A DNA stretch of 58,596 nucleotides from the IMG/VR virus record IMGVR_UViG_3300012942_000006, positions 1-58,596 of that record. One strand, 5' to 3'. Source of the DNA: a virus (Duplodnaviria; Caudoviricetes). Position 1 is the first letter of the stretch. Every line of letters begins with the position of its first letter. Below, piece after piece: positions 14,826 to 22,013 of this stretch. The translations under genes and the position numbers were made by a program. The notes beneath the pieces are model-generated. The model saw nothing but the letters and a program-made list of their open reading frames with translations. It was not told the origin of the DNA and searched no databases.

Positions 14826-17149
14826 AAGAAGATCTAGACGAGTCGGTCGATACCGAGACAATTCTTCGGCACTGGCTGAACGAGGGCTGGAAGTTCCGCG
14901 GATTCGACAAGCTCTCGCGCGCGAAGCGCAAGGAGTACATCGCTCGGGTCAACTACGAGTTCGAGATGATGAAGATGAAGGACTTCCTCGACTACTTCGC
15001 AGTGCTGTCGGACGTTGTTCGAGAGGCGAAGCGCCGAGAGGTCGCCGTCGGTCCTGCTCGTGGATCCGCAGCCGCATCGCTGTGCTGCTACCTGTGGCGA
15101 ATCACAGAGGTCAATCCGATGGACTATCCGAACATGCTGTTCGAGCGGTTCATCGATCCGAATCGCATGGACGTACCAGACATCGACCTAGACTTTGAGG
15201 ACGATCGGCGCGACGTAGTCCGACAGATCATGATCGAGAAGTACGGAGCCGACCGCGTCGGCAACATCGGAACCTTCACTCGATATCGAGGCAAGAATGC
15301 GATCGACGACGTGGCAAGGGTGTACTCGTTGCCGAAGGGCGAGATCGATGCCGCGAAGGAGTTTCTGGTCGAGCGTTCCGGAGGCGACAGCCGATTCGAT
15401 GCATCGATCATGGATACTGTCGAAATGTTCCCGCAGGTCAAGGAGGTCTTCGATAAGTATCCACAGCTGTATAAGTCGATCGAGCTGGAGGGCAACTATA
15501 AAGCATTCGGAGTTCACGCCGCAGGCCTAGTCATAGGCAACGACGATCTCTCTCGTTACGTGGCCACCTACGGTCGCGAGATAGGGTCAGGAGCTAAGAA
15601 GAAGACCGTCCAGGTACTCTCGGTAGACAAGTACGATGGCGAGCATCTCGGTCTCATGAAGCTGGACGCTCTAGGGCTCCAGACGATGGGCATGATCCGC
15701 ATCGCCCTCGATATGCTAGGGATGACCCTGAAGGATCTCTATGCCATCCCGATGGACGACCCAGAGACCTTGAGGGCGTTCTACAACGCCGACGTGATCG
15801 GTATATTCCAGTTCGAAGGCCGGACGATGAAAATGGTGACTGAGGAGATGAAGCCCAAGACCTTCATGGATCTCGCCGCCATCAATGCCCTGTCGCGACC
15901 AGGACCGCTGCACTCTGGCAGCACTGGCGATTATCTGGCCATCCGGCACGGTCGACAGAAGCGAGTTGATCTGCATCCGATCGTAGCGAACATCTGCGCT
16001 AGTACCGAGGGCCAGATCATCTATCAGGAGCAGATCCTACAGATCACGCGAGATGTCGGAAAGTTCCCATGGACGCATGCCTCGAAGATTCGCTCAATTA
16101 TCTCGCATAAGGAGGGTGAGTCGGCGTTCAACGCGATGTATCCCGACTTTGTGAAAGGTGCAGCAGAGTCTGGCATCGAAGAGCCGTTGGCCAGAGAGAT
16201 ATGGAAGCGCATGGCAACTGCTGGAACATACGCGTTCAACATCGCCCACTGCATCTCCTACTCGATGCTTGGTTTCTGGGCTATGTGGCTCAAGGTGCAC
16301 CATCCCATTGAGTTCTACGCAGCGCAGCTTCAGAAGACGCCGCACGACGACAAGGAGAAGGACGTCCTGCTGATGCGCGACATGATGAATCCGAAGTTCG
16401 GTCGTAACCTTAAAGTACTTCCTCCGAAGGCGAGCAGATCTGGATCCACTTGGAAGCCTGTCAAGAAGAGAATAACAGTCCATAATCATGGACGAAAGAT
16501 CCGAAGGTCTGTAGACGTTGGTGTCCGCGCTGGATTTCTGCAGATCCCAGGGATCGGCGAGATTACCGCCCACAAGATCGAAGAGTTCATAGACGAGAAT
16601 GGGGGCATATCAGACTGGTCAGATCTTCAGTCGAACAAGGGCGGGATCAAGGGTCTCGGACCAAAGACGATTGAGAAGATTCGAGAGTTTGCTAAAGACC
16701 CAGATCCGTTCGGAATCTACAAGCTGGCCAACGAGATCAAGGCGATACGCGAGGCCATTCGGTCGGGTGATCTGCCGGCTCTGCCGATGCCAACAGCCGT
16801 CGCCGAGGATGTCCCATACGAGGCCGTGAAGTGGTCTGGAATCGTCCTCTGCCGGCTCCGCAGCCGCAACCTGAAGGATCTGTTCGAGGACTACAGATCA
16901 AGAACGGGCGAGGAGCTAGATCCAGAGTCTGTCAAGGATCCGCATCTGAAGGACTCGATGTCTCTGTACATGGAGGACGCATCAGGCCTCTTGACTGCGA
17001 AGATCAGTCGCCAGCTGTACCCCAAGGTCAAGGCCGACATCTGGGGAGCAAAGCTCGGCCACGACTATGTACTTGCTCGCGTCTTCACATATCCATTCTT
17101 GGGGAAGACGGTTCACATCGAGAAGATGTGGGTCGTAGATCCAGATTGA
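14822..17149 (+). CDS. dnaE: DNA polymerase III alpha, catalytic part
   Basis: GPARGSAAAS, PDIDLD, GVHAAG, KLDALGL, IFQFE, RPGP, YQEQI, YAFNIAH; GGAG SD before ATG 14822. Confidence 0.95.
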   Translation: MKEDLDESVDTETILRHWLNEGWKFRGFDKLSRAKRKEYIARVNYEFEMMKMKDFLDYFAVLSDVVREAKRREVAVGPARGSAAASLCCYLWRITEVNPMDYPNMLFERFIDPNRMDVPDIDLDFEDDRRDVVRQIMIEKYGADRVGNIGTFTRYRGKNAIDDVARVYSLPKGEIDAAKEFLVERSGGDSRFDASIMDTVEMFPQVKEVFDKYPQLYKSIELEGNYKAFGVHAAGLVIGNDDLSRYVATYGREIGSGAKKKTVQVLSVDKYDGEHLGLMKLDALGLQTMGMIRIALDMLGMTLKDLYAIPMDDPETLRAFYNADVIGIFQFEGRTMKMVTEEMKPKTFMDLAAINALSRPGPLHSGSTGDYLAIRHGRQKRVDLHPIVANICASTEGQIIYQEQILQITRDVGKFPWTHASKIRSIISHKEGESAFNAMYPDFVKGAAESGIEEPLAREIWKRMATAGTYAFNIAHCISYSMLGFWAMWLKVHHPIEFYAAQLQKTPHDDKEKDVLLMRDMMNPKFGRNLKVLPPKASRSGSTWKPVKKRITVHNHGRKIRRSVDVGVRAGFLQIPGIGEITAHKIEEFIDENGGISDWSDLQSNKGGIKGLGPKTIEKIREFAKDPDPFGIYKLANEIKAIREAIRSGDLPALPMPTAVAEDVPYEAVKWSGIVLCRLRSRNLKDLFEDYRSRTGEELDPESVKDPHLKDSMSLYMEDASGLLTAKISRQLYPKVKADIWGAKLGHDYVLARVFTYPFLGKTVHIEKMWVVDPD

Positions 17150-17151
17150 GA

Positions 17152-17212
17152 GTAGCGGAATTCGCATTACGTAGGGTAGACTGCCCTAGCAATGCTGGGA
17201 AGGACCCAAGCA
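17152..17212 (+). promoter_or_regulatory. conserved promoter plus AAGGA-loop hairpin
   Basis: GTAGCG-19-TAGACT; TGGG-AAGGA-CCCA at 17196-17208. Confidence 0.65.
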
Positions 17213-17252
17213 ATCCCGCTCGGGACCTCCGTCTAATAGAAGGAGCAACATA

Positions 17253-18422
17253 GTGAACATCAAGAGGACGGTCGCGCTGTTGGGCGTGACCGGAGTGGCA
17301 GTCGCAGGGGCGGTGATCGGACTCGCAGCACCAGCTTCGGCTCACACGCCGTCGGTGAGTGCGACATGTTCGACGCTTTCTGTCGATCTCGAGAGCTACG
17401 CCGATCAGATACCAGCTCAGGATGAGGTTTCGCACGTCGTGCACCATCACGACCTCGTGACGCCGGAAGTTCCCGCTGTGCCGGAGGTGTCTCATACTGA
17501 GTATCTCTACAAGCAGCTGATCACCGGCAAGGAGAAGTGGCTCGACTCGATCACCTGGAATCCTGGCCTCGGATGGTACTACTCAGGACAGTCGAAGGTC
17601 GTCGTCGACCAGGAGGCCGTCGATGCGGTCCCCGCAGCCTACAACGACTGGGATGAGACCATCGTCGACTCTCCTGCGCAGGATGCGAAGTCCAACCACA
17701 TCGTGGTGACTGTCGACGGCTCAACTGTCGAGGACTCGGACTTCGGGTCATCGTTCGCGAAGGACTACGATCTGGGCGACAAGTACGTCGAGCACTCCTG
17801 GTCGGTCGATGTGACTGCCTGGGACAGCAGCGACTACAACCTCAGCCAGTCCGGAACGACCACGGCCTGCGATCTGCCTGTGGTGGACGCTGTGCCGGGT
17901 GCGACTATCGCACATGAGTGCGGATCCGCCGACATCTCGCTGACCAATGTTCCGGCGTTCGAGACTGTCAACAAGACCGCGAGCTATGTGATCTACGTCG
18001 ACGGGAAGTTCGAGGACGCAGTCTCAGTGCAGTCGGGAGCGACTGAAACGCGGCATCTCGACTTCGCAGAGGACAGCGGAGACCATCACATCGTCGTCAG
18101 GACAGGACCTGCGTTCGGAGACCAGCTGGTATCCGAGGCGACAGTCGGAAGCGACTGCGATGAGAACACCACGCCTCCGACAGATGACGGCGGCGAGACG
18201 ACTCCTCCTGTCGTGACGCCTCCGGCAGACAACATCCCCGCCCCAGCGGAAGCTGCTCCTGTGGCGGTCCAGAGCGCCGATAGTGGAGAGGACGCGACGA
18301 CACTCGCGGACACCGGCTCCAACTACGGCGAATCCCTGATCTACGCAGTAGGAGGTATCCTTCTTGGCGGTATCGTTCTGACTGCGGTCGGACTCGGTAC
18401 CCGCAGGGCGCGCCGACAGTAG
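17253..18422 (+). CDS. secreted, sortase-anchored cell-surface protein
   Basis: Signal peptide ending APASA; Pro/Thr-rich stalk; LADTG + transmembrane helix + RRARRQ. Confidence 0.85.
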   Translation: MNIKRTVALLGVTGVAVAGAVIGLAAPASAHTPSVSATCSTLSVDLESYADQIPAQDEVSHVVHHHDLVTPEVPAVPEVSHTEYLYKQLITGKEKWLDSITWNPGLGWYYSGQSKVVVDQEAVDAVPAAYNDWDETIVDSPAQDAKSNHIVVTVDGSTVEDSDFGSSFAKDYDLGDKYVEHSWSVDVTAWDSSDYNLSQSGTTTACDLPVVDAVPGATIAHECGSADISLTNVPAFETVNKTASYVIYVDGKFEDAVSVQSGATETRHLDFAEDSGDHHIVVRTGPAFGDQLVSEATVGSDCDENTTPPTDDGGETTPPVVTPPADNIPAPAEAAPVAVQSADSGEDATTLADTGSNYGESLIYAVGGILLGGIVLTAVGLGTRRARRQ

Positions 18423-18430
18423 CAGGGATT

Positions 18431-18504
18431 GGGAGTGGCGCTGACATCCGACAGCGCAGGTGCAGAGAACCAAGGCTCTGCGAGGTTCGACTCCTCCGCT
18501 CCCA
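18431..18504 (+). ncRNA. tRNA-like RNA (non-canonical)
   Basis: Acceptor GGGAGTG(G)/(C)CGCTCCC-A; T arm GAGG-TTCGACT-CCTC; two further stems; 74 nt. Confidence 0.65.
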
Positions 18505-18620
18505 CGGACCGGCCAAGTATGAGCCGGACCTGTCCGACCGATAGACCGACTAGCGCATGACTCGACACTTGAGGCCAGATCGGACATCAAAACTGAATAA
18601 CAACAGAATAGATACCCCCA

Positions 18621-18655
18621 GCCCCGGTCCGACAAACCCCCAGTCGGGCCGGGGC
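18621..18655 (+). terminator. 13-bp stem-loop with C-rich loop
   Basis: GCCCCGGTCCGAC-AAACCCCCA-GTCGGGCCGGGGC. Confidence 0.5.
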
Positions 18656-18674
18656 AACCCTGGAAGGACCAGAG

Positions 18675-18860
18675 ATGCGTAAGCTTGTTCTTGTAGGCCG
18701 CAAGGCTCCAGACGAGGAGCTGTTCACCGAGGAGGTCGATGCCACGCATATCTGGCCCGAGCACGAGGGCTGGGCGGACACCGCCGAGATCAACTGGGAC
18801 ATCGTTCAGAAGATCACGCTCGTGCAGAGTAGTGAAACTGCAGACTCTGGCGTAGAGTAA
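18675..18860 (+). CDS. hypothetical protein
   Basis: ORF track; CTGG-AAGGA-CCAG hairpin at the RBS. Confidence 0.65.
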   Translation: MRKLVLVGRKAPDEELFTEEVDATHIWPEHEGWADTAEINWDIVQKITLVQSSETADSGVE

Positions 18861-18889
18861 TGTTCATTGAGGGTCGGAAGGACCGATCC
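18829..18889 (+). promoter_or_regulatory. conserved promoter plus AAGGA-loop hairpin
   Basis: GTAGTG-18-TAGAGT with CTGCAG; shares GTAATGTTCATTGA with the 9881 copy; GGGTCGG-AAGGA-CCGATCC. Confidence 0.8.
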
Positions 18890-18902
18890 GGAAGGGCCAG
18901 CC

Positions 18903-19667
18903 GTGGCTGACAAGTTCTCCATCGAAGAGCGTATCGCTCACTTCCTCCGTCTCGCCGAGGACCAGGGTGCAACCCAGGCCGAGCGTGACACTGCTGCGAC
19001 GCAGGCAGAGCGGCTCATGCTCAAGCACGCGATCGACCGAGCGATGCTGGATGGCGTCGGCGAGCAGCGAAAGGAGAAGATCATCGTCGGACGTGTCCGC
19101 GTCGACGGTGGTGGAGGAACGTACTCGTACCACGCGATGCGCGGCATGGTCGCCGTGGCCAACGCGATGGGCTTGACTGGCTACTACGAGGACTTTACGA
19201 AGGTTCGTTCGCATTATTTCAAGCCGCACATCAACATCTGCTTTGCTGGATACGAGTCCGACGTGAAGGACGCAGTAGGCATGATCAACTCGCTCCTGTT
19301 GCAGGCGATGGTCGCGATGAAGAGCTGGTGGCGCAACCAGAGCTCCTACACCAAGTACTATCTCGGACGCCAGGGCGGATACCACGCTCGTTGCGAGTTC
19401 ATCTCGCAGTTCGGAGCTGGCGCCGCTCGGCGTATTCAGGACGAGCGCGAGCAGGAGGTCGCATCGGTTGCCGGGAGTGAGGTCGTTCTGTTCGACCGCA
19501 GCCGAGAGGTCAGTGACTGGGCTGCTTCGAATCTGGGCTTGACGATCAAGAAGACATCGCGCACGTCCTCCGCGTTCGGTCGCAGCGAGGGCTACGCCGC
19601 AGGGCGCAACGCTAACACCGGGCGAGCCAGCCACGGCCTGTCGCAGGGACGCGGGATCACGTCGTGA
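18903..19667 (+). CDS. DUF2786-family protein
   Basis: ERIAHFLRLAED...ERDTA..QAERLMLKHAID; C-terminal GYAAGRNA; start placed at GTG after the hairpin. Confidence 0.75.
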   Translation: MADKFSIEERIAHFLRLAEDQGATQAERDTAATQAERLMLKHAIDRAMLDGVGEQRKEKIIVGRVRVDGGGGTYSYHAMRGMVAVANAMGLTGYYEDFTKVRSHYFKPHINICFAGYESDVKDAVGMINSLLLQAMVAMKSWWRNQSSYTKYYLGRQGGYHARCEFISQFGAGAARRIQDEREQEVASVAGSEVVLFDRSREVSDWAASNLGLTIKKTSRTSSAFGRSEGYAAGRNANTGRASHGLSQGRGITS

Positions 19668-19921
19668 TAGCTCCTCTTCAACGGGCGGAAGTTCGGATCG
19701 AGCGGCTGCTAGCAGTGGCTGCTCATCCGAGCACCCCGCGCGAGGAGGCTCGAACGGCTCTCGTCGGGGCCGAGAAGGCGATAGAGAACAGAGGTCTCCA
19801 GAGTCAGTTCGGGCCACGTATCGCCCTTCTTCGCTTCGTCCTCGCAGCACAAGAGGCCTCCGATGCTATAGCTTCTGTCAGCAGGGCGTCTCTCAATCTG
19901 CACGATGCCTGGCCAAAGTAG
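19664..19921 (+). CDS. short DUF2786-like protein
   Basis: RIERLLAVAAHPSTPREEARTA resembles the N-terminus of the upstream gene. Confidence 0.55.
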   Translation: MIAPLQRAEVRIERLLAVAAHPSTPREEARTALVGAEKAIENRGLQSQFGPRIALLRFVLAAQEASDAIASVSRASLNLHDAWPK

Positions 19922-19975
19922 CGAAAACTGCAGAGTTGGCGTAGGATAATACTCATAAGGCGGAAGGACCGCCTT
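19918..19975 (+). promoter_or_regulatory. conserved promoter plus AAGGA-loop hairpin
   Basis: GTAGCG-18-TAGGAT with CTGCAG; AAGGCGG-AAGGA-CCGCCTT. Confidence 0.8.
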
Positions 19976-19988
19976 GGGAAAGGAAAAG

Positions 19989-20309
19989 ATGTTCTCCAAG
20001 TCTGAGATTCGGGGTTACGCCCAGGATGCAGTCATCCGCCTCTTGGAAGACTCGCAAGACCCCGACGCCAACCTGGTCTACACTGGCCAGTTTGTCGTCG
20101 TCGGGTCCATCTCCTCCACATGGCCCTGGAACGTGGACAACGTCTACAAGCGCTCGTTCGCAGCCCAGGAGCCGATCCTGGCGGTCTACATCGACTGCTC
20201 GGTTCCGGGGGCCGGGTTCGGCCTCTGGGCCGCAAGGGATTCCGGAGGCTCCTGGCGCTACTCGGAAGACTTGTCGGGGCTCCTGGAGGAGCTTGGCCGG
20301 TCGCTCTAG
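19989..20309 (+). CDS. hypothetical protein
   Basis: ORF after promoter and AAGGA SD; followed by a cUUCGg hairpin. Confidence 0.65.
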   Translation: MFSKSEIRGYAQDAVIRLLEDSQDPDANLVYTGQFVVVGSISSTWPWNVDNVYKRSFAAQEPILAVYIDCSVPGAGFGLWAARDSGGSWRYSEDLSGLLEELGRSL

Positions 20310-20361
20310 TTGGGGTGCGGGGTCGGCCTTCGGGTCGGCCCCAAACAACTCCAAAAAACTT

Positions 20362-20418
20362 GTAGTGAAACTGCAGAGCATAGAGTAGAGTTCTAATATC
20401 AGCCGGAAGGACCGGCTG
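20362..20418 (+). promoter_or_regulatory. conserved promoter plus AAGGA-loop hairpin
   Basis: GTAGTG-18-TAGAGT with CTGCAG; CAGCCGG-AAGGA-CCGGCTG. Confidence 0.8.
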
Positions 20419-20431
20419 GGAATGGATAGCG

Positions 20432-20968
20432 ATGACCACCACGACCGACCAGATCGAGAGCTACGAGCGTTCGATCGCTGCGACCGAATCGAAAATCGCC
20501 GAACTGCGGTCCGAGATCGACAATCTCATCTTCACCAACCGAGTCAATGTACGCGATCTCGCAAGGCTCCGTCTTCAGCAGAAGCTCGAGAACAGCCCTA
20601 AGGCTCGTTGGGACCGGGCTGTGAAGTCGCTCCGCAAGGACGGCGTCCACTTTCGCACGAACATCATGCAGTGCTGCCGTGGCTGCGTCGACGCCGAGAA
20701 GCTCAATCTCAAGGACGAGAGTCAGCCCTACGGCTGGACGTTCGGTGGACAGGGCAACTGGATCAAGTTCAACGAGGACGGCCTTCCATACACTTCAGTT
20801 GAGCCGCACACTCGTCGTCGCTTCGGCTACGACTACGACTCTCCGAAGTCGGCCATGATCAACTGGGGCAACGGCTCCGCCGAGAAGATCGTGGCTGCAT
20901 TCCAAGCCGAGGGATTCCAGGTCAACTGGAACGGCTCCGAGTATCAGTGTGTCGAGGTCGTCTTCTAG
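20432..20968 (+). CDS. hypothetical protein (CCxxC motif, DUF6891-like)
   Basis: MQCCRGC...IVAAFQAEGFQVNWNGS. Confidence 0.65.
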   Translation: MTTTTDQIESYERSIAATESKIAELRSEIDNLIFTNRVNVRDLARLRLQQKLENSPKARWDRAVKSLRKDGVHFRTNIMQCCRGCVDAEKLNLKDESQPYGWTFGGQGNWIKFNEDGLPYTSVEPHTRRRFGYDYDSPKSAMINWGNGSAEKIVAAFQAEGFQVNWNGSEYQCVEVVF

Positions 20969-21030
20969 TTCATCTTGCGGGGCGGCTGGCAATGCTGGTC
21001 GCCCCGCCTAACAAGGGAAGGACCCTTGCA

Positions 21031-21498
21031 ATGCAGACCATCACTCTTACCATCACGATCTCAGTTCCAGAAGGGGCCGTTGTTGAAGTAGCTCCGCAGG
21101 TCGAAGAGACTCCTGTCGAAAAGCCGACTCCGGCTCCGATGATCATGTTCAGCCAGGATCCAGAATATCCCGAGTGGATGCGAGCACCAGGGTCTCGCTG
21201 GACCGACGAGGAGATCGACATCGCATCCGACCTGTCTCTGACCGACGCAGACGTTGCAGAGCTCCTGGGGCGCAGCACAGCATCTGTCGCCGCATATCGC
21301 CTCAACCACGGACTTCGCCAAAAGATGCACAATCGCGTCGTTGACAAGTCTGCGACGAGGGCCATGGCAAGGTGGACGAAGTCAGAGATCGAGTATCTCC
21401 AGAAGCGTTACAACGGCAGCAACGGTGACGAGATCGCTGAGTATCTCGGACGCTCGGCCGGGGCCATTCAGAGCAAGGCTCGCGGCCTCGCGAAGTAG
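21031..21498 (+). CDS. Myb/HTH-repeat DNA-binding protein
   Basis: Two repeats RWT.EE.....IAE.LGRS..(S/A)(V/I); hairpin at the RBS. Confidence 0.75.
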   Translation: MQTITLTITISVPEGAVVEVAPQVEETPVEKPTPAPMIMFSQDPEYPEWMRAPGSRWTDEEIDIASDLSLTDADVAELLGRSTASVAAYRLNHGLRQKMHNRVVDKSATRAMARWTKSEIEYLQKRYNGSNGDEIAEYLGRSAGAIQSKARGLAK

Positions 21499-21550
21499 CC
21501 AAATCCGCATTCGACACAGTAGGCTTAAGAGACAACCAGGGAAGGACCCT
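21495..21550 (+). promoter_or_regulatory. promoter plus AAGGA-loop hairpin
   Basis: GTAGCC-19-TAGGCT; AGGG-AAGGA-CCCT. Confidence 0.6.
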
Positions 21551-21555
21551 AACCG

Positions 21556-21837
21556 ATGTACCGTCAGCGCAAGAAGCCCCTGAACCAGGCGTCCAAGGAG
21601 GACACAAGCTGGATTCCCAGGGCTATCGAGACCATCCGTGACCTCATCTCTATGGATGTCACGCTCACTACCCGCAGCTTCAGCAGCGTGTTCCTCCTGA
21701 ACGATGGATCTCAGATGACCGAGGAGCACGCAGAGCGCCATCTTCGCAAGCTGACCAACATGGGCTGGCTACACATGTCAGCGAAGCGCGACGAGGAGAA
21801 CAACTTCGTTCAGTTCGAGTGGGAGATGCTGCGATGA
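21556..21837 (+). CDS. putative winged-helix protein
   Basis: AERHLRKLTNMGWL followed by a beta-hairpin pattern. Confidence 0.55.
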   Translation: MYRQRKKPLNQASKEDTSWIPRAIETIRDLISMDVTLTTRSFSSVFLLNDGSQMTEEHAERHLRKLTNMGWLHMSAKRDEENNFVQFEWEMLR

Positions 21838-22013
21838 ATCGCAGAGCCCGTCTCCGGAGGACAGGCGGAGCTCTTCTTCTCGGAGCCGTTCTGTTCTCTA
21901 CCGGAGGCACCTTCTGGAACATTACCGCAACCGCAACACTCACCGCCCTCGCAGCCACAACAGAGATCGTCGCCCGACGCCTCGCAAGGAAGGAATCCAA
22001 TGTCAAGCACTGA
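21834..22013 (+). CDS. small membrane protein
   Basis: ATGA overlap; hydrophobic segments. Confidence 0.5.
   Translation: MNRRARLRRTGGALLLGAVLFSTGGTFWNITATATLTALAATTEIVARRLARKESNVKH

Noticed and set aside
18431-18504. Canonical tRNA-Trp(CCA) or tmRNA
   Set aside because: 8-nt loop without U33, no D-loop GG, no G3-U70 pair and no tag reading frame
18505-18600. HDV-like (theta) or hammerhead ribozyme after the tRNA-like RNA
   Set aside because: Could not fit the P1.1/L3 and J4/2 elements or the CUGAUGA/GAAA cores by eye
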